35,151 nucleotides of DNA from Dehalococcoidia bacterium. Its GTDB lineage: Bacteria; Chloroflexota; Dehalococcoidia; DSTF01; RBG-16-68-14. Position numbers and translations under genes: made by a program. This document shows positions 12,513-20,572 of the stretch, one piece after another. Location: the NCBI GenBank assembly GCA_040882355.1, contig JBBEBM010000024.1, positions 1-35,151 of the forward strand, read 5' to 3'. The notes under the pieces were generated by a model, which was given only the letters and a program-made list of their open reading frames with translations, did no database searches and was not told the origin of the DNA. Within the stretch, counting starts at the first letter, position 1. Every line of letters begins with the position of its first letter.

Positions 12513-12536
12513 GTAGGGGCGGCTCGAGAGCCGCCC
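12513..12536 (+). repeat. GTAG REP at the RAYT 3' end (within the ORF)
   Basis: GTAG-GGGCGGCTC-ga-GAGCCGCCC, translated as VGAAREPP. Confidence 0.9.
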
Positions 12537-12547
12537 AGCTAATCGTC

Positions 12548-13252
12548 ATGTCGGACATGCCTACCGCCGTCTTCTTCGACATGGACGGGACGATCCTCGA
12601 TTGGCAGACGGGGATGGAGGAGTCGTGGCTGGCGGCGTGCGAGGCGCACTGCGATGGCTCGTTCGTGCCAGCGGAGATGCACGCCGCGATCCAGACGCGC
12701 CGGACCTGGTTCTGGGACGACCCGCAGCGAGCGCTCGCCGGCCGCATGGACCTCGACGCCGCCAGCCGCGAGATCGTGCGGCACGCGTTCGCCGACAACC
12801 GCCTGAGCGCCGTCGACCTCGCGCATCGTATCGCCGACGACTATCGCGCCCGCCGCGCCGCGCACATCGCGCCGTACCCGGGCGCCATCGAGACGCTCGA
12901 CGCGATGCGCGAGCGCGGGATCCGGATGGCGCTGCTGACGAACGGCGAGGCGCGCAACCAGCGGCGCAGCGTCGAGCAGCACGGGCTCGAAGCGTATTTC
13001 GAGTGCATCGTCATCGAAGGCGAGTTCGGCGCGGGCAAGCCGGACGAGCGCGTCTTCCGCCACGCCTTCCAATCGCTCTCGTGCGAGCCCGAGGCGACGT
13101 GGATGATCGGCGACAGCCTCGAGGCCGACATCGCCCCGGCGCTCTCGCTCGGCATGCACGCCGTCTGGGTCGATGTGGAGGGCGGCGGCGTACCGGCGAA
13201 CGCGACCACTCGGCCACACCGCGTCGTTCGGGCGATCAGCGAGTTGGTGTAG
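12548..13252 (+). CDS. HAD-superfamily hydrolase (subfamily IA)
   Basis: FFDMDGTI, LLTNG, GKPD, MIGDSLEADI. Confidence 0.92.
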   Translation: MSDMPTAVFFDMDGTILDWQTGMEESWLAACEAHCDGSFVPAEMHAAIQTRRTWFWDDPQRALAGRMDLDAASREIVRHAFADNRLSAVDLAHRIADDYRARRAAHIAPYPGAIETLDAMRERGIRMALLTNGEARNQRRSVEQHGLEAYFECIVIEGEFGAGKPDERVFRHAFQSLSCEPEATWMIGDSLEADIAPALSLGMHAVWVDVEGGGVPANATTRPHRVVRAISELV

Positions 13253-13256
13253 GGCC

Positions 13257-13316
13257 GTGAAGTACGGGATCGATCTTCCGAACCTGGGCGGCGTGGGTGA
13301 TCCGCGGCTTTCGTGA
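13257..13316 (+). pseudogene. Probable 5' remnant of an LLM-class flavin oxidoreductase gene
   Basis: GTG-started MKYGIDLPNLGGVGDPRLS*, 4 nt after the HAD stop. Resembles LLM N-termini and ends exactly where a repeat begins. Confidence 0.5.
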
Positions 13317-13410
13317 AGGGGGAGTCGAAGGGGGCTTGCCCCACTCGCGGGGGCCTGGGGGTGTCCCCCAGACCAAGTAACCTCTCTCGGGCGGCGGGTG
13401 GGAAAAATAA
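13315..13410 (+). repeat. ~100-nt intergenic repeat (copy 2)
   Basis: ggggagtcgaagggggcttgcccc..gggggcctgggggtgtcccccaga..gggcggcgggtgggaa. Confidence 0.7.
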
Positions 13411-13439
13411 CGGTGTCGAAGACTACCCCCATTCAGCTA

Positions 13440-13468
13440 TTGACCTGCCCATAGTCAGCCGATAGGCT
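13440..13468 (+). promoter_or_regulatory. Putative sigma70 promoter for the LLM gene
   Basis: TTGACC-17 nt-TAGGCT. Confidence 0.55.
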
Positions 13469-13529
13469 GGCAGCGCTCGTGCTGGGCGCACTTCGTCCTG
13501 GCGCGAGACGCCACCCACGAGAGCGCACC

Positions 13530-14720
13530 ATGCAAGTCAGCGTCTTCTACCTGCCATCCATCGGCTCGCGCCCGGAGATCGAGAAGGGAATGGCCGGCAT
13601 CCGCACCGACCTCTATCAGCAGATGCTCCACGAGCTGAAAGAGCAGGCGCAGCTCGCGGACGAGCTCGGCTACGACTCCATCTCGTTCACCGAGCATCAC
13701 TTCCACGTCGAGGGGTTCGAGATCTCGAACAACCCCATCATGCTCGATCTGTTCATCGCGCTGAACACCAAGCGCATCCGGGTCGGCCAGCTCGGCCTCG
13801 TGCTGCCGTCGCAGAACCCGCTGCGCGTCGCCGAAGACATCGCGATGCTCGACCACATGAGCGGCGGGCGCGCGAACGCCGGCTTCGCGCGCGGTTACCA
13901 GCGTCGCTGGGTGGACGTGATGGCGCAGCAGCTCCACGGCATCCACGGCGTGACGCCCGGCATGCACGACGAGATCGACCAGACAAACCGCGACGCCTTC
14001 GAGGAGCACTTTGAGATCATCAAGCGCGCCTGGACGGAGGACATGCTCGACTTCAAAGGCAAGTTCTGGCAGATCCCGCCCGAAGGCACGCCCTGGGAGA
14101 TCGAGGCGACGAAGCAGTGGGGCGCCGGTGTGGACGAGAACGGCATCGTACGCAGCATCGGCGTCGTGCCCAAGCCGCTGCAGAAGCCGTTTCCGCCGCT
14201 CTTCCAACCCTTCGCCTCCAGCGAGAGCACCATCCGCTGGTGCGCCCGCGAGCACGTCACCGCCATCCTGCCGCCCATGTACGTCGATGTGCAGAACCAC
14301 CTCTACGACGTTTACCAGGAGGAGGCCGCGGCGAACGGCCGCACGCTCACCTCCGGCGAAGGCCTGGGTGTGCTTCGCGACGTCGTGGTCGCCGACTCCG
14401 ACAGCGAGGCGCTGGAGCTCTGGCAGAACGGCGGCGCGTTCTGCGGCGCTGCCTGGTTCGCCCCGTTCGGCTTCTGGCGCGGCTACACGGAGCCGGGCCG
14501 CGAGGGCATGCTCTCGACCGAAGAGCTGATGGAGCGCGGACTGATCCTCGTGGGCACGCCAGACTCCGTCAGCCGCCAGATGGAGGCGATGCTCAAGGGC
14601 ACGCCGATCAAGTGGCTCTTTGCCTGGACCTACAACGGCCTAGTCCCCCACGACAAGATCATGCGCTCCCTGGACCTCTTCGCCACCAAGGTCCTTCCCC
14701 GCTTCGCCAACCGCGCCTGA
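13530..14720 (+). CDS. LLM-class (luciferase-like) flavin-dependent oxidoreductase
   Basis: ADELGYDSISFTEHHF, NPLRVAEDIAMLDHMSGGR..GFARGYQ, PKPLQKP, VGTPDSV, FATKVLP. Confidence 0.93.
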   Translation: MQVSVFYLPSIGSRPEIEKGMAGIRTDLYQQMLHELKEQAQLADELGYDSISFTEHHFHVEGFEISNNPIMLDLFIALNTKRIRVGQLGLVLPSQNPLRVAEDIAMLDHMSGGRANAGFARGYQRRWVDVMAQQLHGIHGVTPGMHDEIDQTNRDAFEEHFEIIKRAWTEDMLDFKGKFWQIPPEGTPWEIEATKQWGAGVDENGIVRSIGVVPKPLQKPFPPLFQPFASSESTIRWCAREHVTAILPPMYVDVQNHLYDVYQEEAAANGRTLTSGEGLGVLRDVVVADSDSEALELWQNGGAFCGAAWFAPFGFWRGYTEPGREGMLSTEELMERGLILVGTPDSVSRQMEAMLKGTPIKWLFAWTYNGLVPHDKIMRSLDLFATKVLPRFANRA

Positions 14721-14865
14721 CCAGTTCTCGATTCTGGGTTCTGTCAATCACCCCCAAACGGGCGTTCGCCAGCCTCGTTCGAATCGTGTAGTATACGTTC
14801 GCCCCGTGCGACCGAGCCTGTCGCTGGCAGGATCGTATCGACATAACAAAGAGGAGCGCACCCCC

Positions 14866-15735
14866 ATGCCGGACGACGACGTAGTCCTTCACGAGAAGCA
14901 AGGCCACGTGGCCTACATCACCCTCAACCGGCCCGATGTCCTCAACGCCATGACCGACGAGATGCTCGACTCGATCCTCGCGGGCATCCGTGGCGCCGAG
15001 GAGGACGACGACATCAAGTGCGTCGTGATCCGCGCGAACGGACGCGCCTTCAGCTCCGGCTGGGACCTGGAGGAGATCGGCCGCATGTACGGTATCGCCG
15101 ACGTGAAGTCGGGCGAGCGCGTGAAGCGCCCGCCCCAGCGCAACGGCCTCATCCTCGACCGCCGTCGCTCCGAGAAGTTCGCCGCCATCCTGATGTCGAT
15201 GAAGACGACGGTCTGCCAGGTGCACGGCTACTGCTACGGCGCCGCCTGGATGCTCGCCCTGGTCTGCGACTTCGTCATCGCGTCGGACGATGCGATCTTC
15301 GCCCACAACGAGCAGCGCCTGGGCGCGTCGGGCACGATGTGGACGCTGCCGCTCGTGATCATGCACTGCGGCCCGAAGAAGGCGCGCGAGCTGCTCCTTA
15401 GCGGCCGCGACTTCAACGCGGAAGAAGCCGAGCGCCTCAACCTGATCAACCGCGTCGTGCCCGCCGAGAAGCTCCAGGAGGAGGTCGACACCCTGACGCA
15501 GGCGATCTGCCTCCTGCCCCGCGACGGCCTCGCGATCGGCAAAGCGTTCACCAACGTCACGTACGACTCGCTCAATATGCTGTCGCCGTTCCTGCAATAC
15601 TCCGCCATCCACCCGCTGATCATGGGCATGAAGTGGGCGCCCGATGAGACGAGTTTCCCGAAGGAGCGCCGCGACTTCGGCAGCCGCGAAGCCGCCCAGA
15701 AGCGGACAGAGCGCTACCCAGAGGGCTATCGCTAG
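14866..15735 (+). CDS. Enoyl-CoA hydratase/isomerase (crotonase) family protein
   Basis: ITLNRPDVLNA, AFSSGWDL, VHGYCYG, CDFVIAS, ARELLLSG. RBS AAAGAGGAG. Confidence 0.9.
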   Translation: MPDDDVVLHEKQGHVAYITLNRPDVLNAMTDEMLDSILAGIRGAEEDDDIKCVVIRANGRAFSSGWDLEEIGRMYGIADVKSGERVKRPPQRNGLILDRRRSEKFAAILMSMKTTVCQVHGYCYGAAWMLALVCDFVIASDDAIFAHNEQRLGASGTMWTLPLVIMHCGPKKARELLLSGRDFNAEEAERLNLINRVVPAEKLQEEVDTLTQAICLLPRDGLAIGKAFTNVTYDSLNMLSPFLQYSAIHPLIMGMKWAPDETSFPKERRDFGSREAAQKRTERYPEGYR

Positions 15736-15754
15736 CCAGCGCGAGGCGTTCGAC

Positions 15755-16960
15755 GTGAACGACAGCCCGCTCGCTGGCGCCACCGTCCTCGACATGTCGC
15801 AGGCGGTCACCGGGCCGTACACGGGCTGGCTGCTCGCCGGCATGGGGGCGCGCGTGATCAAGCTCGAAGGGCCCCAGGGCGACCAGTCGCGTGTCAGCAC
15901 GCGCAGCACCGCCGGCATCAGCCCGCTCTTCTGCCTCTATAACGGCGGCAAGGAGGCGATCAGCCTCAACCTCAAGACCGAGCAGGGCCGCGCCATCTTC
16001 CGCGACCTCATCCCCAAAGTCGACGTCCTGCTCGAGAACTTCGTGCCGGGCACGATGGACGACTGGGGCTTCGACTACGACGCGCTCTCGGCGCTCAACC
16101 AGCGCCTGATCTACGCCTCCGTCTCGGGCTTCGGCCACGACAGCAAGTACCGCAACGCGCCGGCGCTCGACATGGTGCTCCAGGCGATGACCGGGATGAT
16201 GGCCGCCAACGGCTTCCCCGATTGGCCGCCCACGCTCGCGGGCGTCCTCTTCATCGATACGCTCGTCTCGCCGCACGTCGCCGCCGGCATCATCGCCGCG
16301 CTCTACCAGCGCCAGCGCACCGGCCGCGGCCAGCGCCTCGAGATCGCCATGCGCGACGTCGCCGCCTGCATTCCGTTCAACCTTTACAACATCTACTTCA
16401 ACACGGGCCGCGTGCCCGTTCGATCGGGCAACCTGCTCGTCGGCTACTCGCCGGGCAACCTCTACGCGACGAATGACGGCTACGTGTACATCGCGTGCAA
16501 CCTCGACAAGCAGGCGAACGGCGCCTTCACCGCCATCGGCCGCGAGGACCTGATCGGCGCGCCGAACTTCGCGACGCGCGCGGAGCGCTGGTCGAACCAC
16601 GACGAGATCGACCGCATCGTCGGAGAGTGGACCGGCCAGCGGACGAAGCAGGACGTCTTCGAGCGGATGATCGCCCACGACGTGCCGTGCGGCATCGTCA
16701 TGGACATCGAAGAGGTGCTCAACGACGAGGACCTGAACGCGCGCGGTGTCTTCCAGGAGATCGACCAGCCGGGCATCGGCAAGCTGCGCCTGCCGCGTCC
16801 GCCCATCGTGTTCGGCGGGCAGCCGGCGCCCGTCCGGCCCGGCCCGTTCCTCGGCGAAGACAACGCCCGCCTTTACAAAGAGCTGCTCGGCTACGACGAG
16901 ACGCGCCTCGCCCAGCTCATCGAAGAGGGCGTGATCACTGCGCCGCCAGACGGCTCGTAG
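15755..16960 (+). CDS. Family III (CaiB/BaiF) CoA-transferase, singleton, catalytic Asp retained
   Basis: VLDMSQAVTGP, GARVIKLE, ENFVPG, SGFG, PPTLAGVLFID, GPFLGEDN. Confidence 0.92.
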   Translation: MNDSPLAGATVLDMSQAVTGPYTGWLLAGMGARVIKLEGPQGDQSRVSTRSTAGISPLFCLYNGGKEAISLNLKTEQGRAIFRDLIPKVDVLLENFVPGTMDDWGFDYDALSALNQRLIYASVSGFGHDSKYRNAPALDMVLQAMTGMMAANGFPDWPPTLAGVLFIDTLVSPHVAAGIIAALYQRQRTGRGQRLEIAMRDVAACIPFNLYNIYFNTGRVPVRSGNLLVGYSPGNLYATNDGYVYIACNLDKQANGAFTAIGREDLIGAPNFATRAERWSNHDEIDRIVGEWTGQRTKQDVFERMIAHDVPCGIVMDIEEVLNDEDLNARGVFQEIDQPGIGKLRLPRPPIVFGGQPAPVRPGPFLGEDNARLYKELLGYDETRLAQLIEEGVITAPPDGS

Positions 16961-16965
16961 GGGCG

Positions 16966-17094
16966 CCGGTCGACCGATTGTAGGGGCGACCAGATGGTCG
17001 CCCTCGCGACCAAGGGCCGCGGCAAAGGACCGGTCGGCCGATTGTAGGGGCGACCATCTGGTCGCCCTCGCGACCGATAGGTCGCGGCAAAGGA
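16966..17094 (+). repeat. Tandem 64/65-nt repeat x2, each unit containing a GTAG REP (BIME-like)
   Basis: ccggtcgRccgattGTAG-GGGCGACCA-nn-TGGTCGCCC-tcgcgacc..cgcggcaaagga at 16966-17029 and 17030-17094. Confidence 0.85.
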
Positions 17095-17101
17095 ATTGCA
17101 C

Positions 17102-17785
17102 ATGCCCGAGAAGGTCTTCTTCTTCGTCCAGCGCGCTGCGAACCTCGACCGCGATGAGTTCGCGCGCCGCTACCTCGAAGAGCACGCGCCCCTCGCGATG
17201 CGCCACTTCCGCGCCCTGCGCCGCTATGTCGTGAACATCGTCGAGCGCGACCCCGAGACGGACCCGCTCGTGCCCGCCGACGGCATTTCCGAGATGTGGT
17301 TCGACAGCCTCGAAGACTTCACTGACGCCGAACGGCTCTACGACTCGCCGGAGGGCGCCGCGAAGGTGATCGAGCAGAGCGCGAGCGTCTTCGGCGGCGT
17401 GAGCGCGTACCACGTCGACGGCACCGTCCAGCGGGACTACGAGCGCACGTGGCCGCTCGGCGAGCGCTCGCCGGGCACGAAGCTGCTCGGCCCGCTGCGC
17501 CGCCTCGATGGCCTCACCAAGGAGCAGTTCGTGGAGCACTGGCGCGGCACGCATGCGCGCCTCGCACTCGAGCACGTCCTCGGCATCGGCCGCTACGTCA
17601 CCAACGTCGTGCGGGCGCCGCTCATCCCCGGCTCGCCGGAGTTCGACGGCATCGTGGAGGTGAGCTATCTGGAGAAGCGGCGATTCGCCACGCCGGAGAG
17701 CGAGGCGATCATGCAGGCGGACACCGCCAGCTTCCTCATCAAGCCGCGCTCTTACAGCGTCGGCGAGTACGTCCTGCGGGAGTAA
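17102..17785 (+). CDS. Tandem EthD-domain protein
   Basis: Two units: DEFARRYLEEHAPL..RYVVN..DGISEMWFDS and EQFVEHWRGTHARL..RYVTN..DGIVEVSY. Confidence 0.85.
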   Translation: MPEKVFFFVQRAANLDRDEFARRYLEEHAPLAMRHFRALRRYVVNIVERDPETDPLVPADGISEMWFDSLEDFTDAERLYDSPEGAAKVIEQSASVFGGVSAYHVDGTVQRDYERTWPLGERSPGTKLLGPLRRLDGLTKEQFVEHWRGTHARLALEHVLGIGRYVTNVVRAPLIPGSPEFDGIVEVSYLEKRRFATPESEAIMQADTASFLIKPRSYSVGEYVLRE

Positions 17786-17806
17786 GGGCGCACATTGTTC
17801 AGCGTC

Positions 17807-18010
17807 GTAGGGACATAGCTTTAGCTTTGTCCTGGCGACCGAAGGTCGCCGCCGGGATCGCTCTATCTTTGGTAGCCCAGGCCTTCAGCCTGGGCGAAGT
17901 GCGACGGCCGGGCTGAAGGCCCGGCCTACGGTGACCGAGGGCGGTAGCCTTCTCCCGTACGCGAGGCTCTACAGCCTCGGCGAGCGTGGCCGGGCTGAAG
18001 GCCGGCCTAC
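17807..18010. repeat. Cluster of GTAG REPs, including two inverted doublets (17872-17929, 17957-18010), between convergent genes
   Basis: GTAG-GGACA..TGTCC; GTAG-CCCAGGC-cttca-GCCTGGG ... GCCGGGC-tgaag-GCCCGGC-CTAC; a second degenerate doublet. Confidence 0.8.
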
Positions 18011-18011
18011 C

Positions 18012-19148
18012 TCACGCGAACAGCAGGCGCGCGATGCGGCGACGGTGGTGCGCCGGGTCGCCCAGGTAGTGGTAGAGGGCGCGCGAGCGCTGCGTGTAGA
18101 GGTAGAGGCCGTACGCCTTGTCCGACCCGACGCCGGCGTGCACGTGGTGCGCCGACTCGCACGACTGGTAGAAGCCTTCGCTCGCGACGGCCTTCGCCAC
18201 CGAGACCGCCTCCCGCGCGTCCGGGCGGCCCGTCTCTAGCTTCCAGACCGCCTCATACGCCGTCCAGCGCGCCGCGTCGGCGTGGTTGAGCATGTCGACG
18301 AGGTGGTCCTGCACCCGCTGGAAGCGCGCTATCGCCTGCCCGAACTGCACGCGGCGCTGCGCGTAGTCGAGCGTCATCTCGTAGACGCGACGCGTCGCGC
18401 CGGCGATGTACGCGCAAAGCAGCGCCGTCGCCACGTCAAGCGACGGTTCGAGCGCGCGCCAGCCGTCGTCGACCTCGCCGACGACGTTCTCGCGCGTGAC
18501 ATCGACGCCGTTGAACGTCACGTCGAAGAGCGGCTCGCCTGAGAATCCGCGCATCGGCCGCAGCGACACGCCCGGCGCGTCGCGCTCGACCAGGAAGAGC
18601 GTCACGCCTTCCTCCCACTCGCCCGCGGTCGTCCGCGCCGCGACGATCAGCGTGCCGGCGGCGCCCGCGTCGGGAACGAATCGCTTCGTCCCGTCCAGCA
18701 CGAAGCCGCCGCCCGACGCGCGAGCCGTCATCTGCACGTGTTCCGCTGCCCAGCCGTAGTCCGGCTCGGTCAGCGCCAGTGCGACGATACGCTCGCCCCG
18801 CGCGATCTCAGGCAGCAGCAGCGTCTTCTGCTCGACGCTGCCGCTCTGCAACAGCAGCGTCGCGCCCACCACCGCCGACGAGTGGTACGGCCCTGGCAGC
18901 AGGCCGCGCCCGAGCTCTTCGTAGAGCGCCGCCGCGTCCGTCAGGGAGCCGCCCGCGCCGCCGTGCTCCGTCGGGATCAAGATACCGAGCCAGCCAAGGC
19001 CCGCCATCTTCTCCCAGAGCTCCCACGAAAACCCGCCTTCGTCTTCGTTGATGCGCCGCACGTCCGCCAGCGGGCACTCCCGCTCGACGAAGTCGCGAGC
19101 GCTGCGCTGCAGCAGTTGCTGCTCGTCGCTGAGGGAGAGGTCAGCCAT
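18012..19148 (-). CDS. Acyl-CoA dehydrogenase, partner (beta) subunit of a heteromeric ACAD
   Basis: LGWLGILIPTEHGG, EELGRGLLPGP, LDGTKRFV, RVQFGQAIARFQ, HHVHAGVG, LGDP. Confidence 0.88.
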   Translation of the reverse strand: MADLSLSDEQQLLQRSARDFVERECPLADVRRINEDEGGFSWELWEKMAGLGWLGILIPTEHGGAGGSLTDAAALYEELGRGLLPGPYHSSAVVGATLLLQSGSVEQKTLLLPEIARGERIVALALTEPDYGWAAEHVQMTARASGGGFVLDGTKRFVPDAGAAGTLIVAARTTAGEWEEGVTLFLVERDAPGVSLRPMRGFSGEPLFDVTFNGVDVTRENVVGEVDDGWRALEPSLDVATALLCAYIAGATRRVYEMTLDYAQRRVQFGQAIARFQRVQDHLVDMLNHADAARWTAYEAVWKLETGRPDAREAVSVAKAVASEGFYQSCESAHHVHAGVGSDKAYGLYLYTQRSRALYHYLGDPAHHRRRIARLLFA

Positions 19149-19155
19149 GGCCCTT

Positions 19156-19310
19156 CGTCATTCTGGGCGCCTCTTCTTGTCATTCTGAGCGCAGCGAAGA
19201 ATCTCGCAGCCCACACACCGAGCAGCAGGTCCGAAGGGAAGGGGCGTTGAGCGCGCAACATGAGCGCATCGCATCACGAAACGAGACCCTTCGCTTCGCT
19301 CAGGGTGACG
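19156..19310. repeat. CGTC/TGTC-tagged palindromic repeat doublet (inverted pair at 19179-19205 and 19283-19309)
   Basis: gtcattctgagcgcagcgaagaatctc versus reverse complement gtcaccctgagcgaagcgaagggtctc; partial third copy at 19156. Confidence 0.85.
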
Positions 19311-19320
19311 AATGCGCCCA

Positions 19321-20511
19321 TCACCCGGCCTCTCCGCCCGTCATCCCGCGGAACATGCGCAGCTTCTGTATCTCGACCGTCCCGCCGGGGTGCGCCATCA
19401 GGATCGCGTAACGATGAAAGTACTCCAGGTCGCCCTCGAACGGCGCCCACGCCGGATCGCTGATCAACGCCAGCGGCCCGAGCGCCTGGTGGATCGCCTC
19501 GCCCAGCTTCAGGTCGAACAGCTTTCGACCAAGCGACACCTGGCTGCCTTCGTACGTCGTCCGCTGGCCCGTCGAGGCCATCCACTCGTTGCGCAGCCGG
19601 AACAGGCGCTGTACCTGGAAGTCGACGTAGACGCGCGCGACGGCATCCTGCGCCTCGGGCCGTCCGCCCAGCTCGCGACGGCAGTAGTCGAGCAGTTGCG
19701 CGACGACCCGCTCGTCGCGGTCCATGCCCGGCCCGATGCCGACGGTGAGCGCGCCCATCAGTCCTGTCGTGAACGCGGTCCATCCTTCGCCCTCGCGACC
19801 GATCATGTGGTCGGCGGGTACGCGCGCGTCCTCGAAGATGATCGTGCGCTTTTTGCTGCCCGCAATCATCTCCATGTCCGTCATCACGATGCCCGGTAGC
19901 CCGGACGGCACGAGGAACGCGCTCAGGTTGTCGCGGCGCGGTGCGTTCGGGTCGGTGATCGCGAGCGTCTCCAGGTAGTCCGCCTCGAAGTGCCCGCCCA
20001 CGAGCGTCTTCGTGCCGTTGAGCACGTAGGCGTCGCCCTGGCGTTCGGCGCGTGTCTTCAGCGCGGGCAGGTCGGAGCCCGCCTCCGGCTCCGTGTACAG
20101 CTCCCACGTGATCACCTCGCCGCGCAGGATCGGCGGCAGGAAGCGCTGCTTCTGTTCGTCGGTGCCCACCTGCCAGAGCGAGCCTGCAGCGGACCCGCCG
20201 ATGTCGCCTGGCGGGTGCACGTTGTCCAGGTGCGGGATGCTCGCCTCCATCTCCTCGCGAATGACGGCCGCGACGTGCTGCGCCAGCCCGCCACCGCCGA
20301 ACTCTTTCGGCCACGTCGGCGCGTACCAGCCGCGCTCCCCGAGCGCGCGCAGGAAGGCGCGGTTGCGCTGGAACTGCTCGTACGAGAGGTCGGCGGCATC
20401 GACGGGCGCGCCGACGCCCGCGACGTGGTCGCGCAGCCAGGCGCGCACCTCTGCGCGGAGCGCCTCGCGCTCTCGCTCCTCCTCGTCCGTGTACCGCGTC
20501 TCGAAATCCAC
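19321..20511 (-). CDS. Acyl-CoA dehydrogenase-fold protein, alpha subunit (divergent active site)
   Basis: GWYAPTWPKEFGGGG, YTEPEAGSDL, LNGTK, GGTVEIQK. Confidence 0.88.
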   Translation of the reverse strand: MDFETRYTDEEEREREALRAEVRAWLRDHVAGVGAPVDAADLSYEQFQRNRAFLRALGERGWYAPTWPKEFGGGGLAQHVAAVIREEMEASIPHLDNVHPPGDIGGSAAGSLWQVGTDEQKQRFLPPILRGEVITWELYTEPEAGSDLPALKTRAERQGDAYVLNGTKTLVGGHFEADYLETLAITDPNAPRRDNLSAFLVPSGLPGIVMTDMEMIAGSKKRTIIFEDARVPADHMIGREGEGWTAFTTGLMGALTVGIGPGMDRDERVVAQLLDYCRRELGGRPEAQDAVARVYVDFQVQRLFRLRNEWMASTGQRTTYEGSQVSLGRKLFDLKLGEAIHQALGPLALISDPAWAPFEGDLEYFHRYAILMAHPGGTVEIQKLRMFRGMTGGEAG

Positions 20512-20525
20512 CGTGTGTCAGCCTA

Positions 20526-20551
20526 GTAGGGACGGACCTTCAGGTCCGTCC
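20526..20551 (+). repeat. GTAG REP
   Basis: GTAG-GGACGGACC-ttca-GGTCCGTCC. Confidence 0.8.
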
Positions 20552-20572
20552 GGCCCGTCCCTCGGACGCCTG

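Larger units (their letters stand above)
12006..12542 (+). mobile_element. REP-associated tyrosine transposase (RAYT/TnpA-REP, HUH Y1 family)
   Basis: RRSIRL..DYS..YFVT, MPNHFH (HUH), FKT, LWQRNYYEHVIRN, YIRDNP. Flanked and interrupted by cognate REPs; visibly more A/T-rich than its neighbours. Confidence 0.93.

Noticed and set aside
12006..12542. IS200/IS605 insertion sequence
   Set aside because: No tnpB and no IS200-type ends; the motifs and GTAG hairpins fit RAYT instead.
14761..14805. GTTCG repeats near the crotonase promoter as a LexA or KstR site
   Set aside because: Only half-sites; no GAAC-N4-GTTC or TnnAACnnGTTnnA palindrome.
16966..17094. Possible mini CRISPR array
   Set aside because: Only two units, the intervening sequence is also repeated, and no cas genes are present; explained as a REP tandem.
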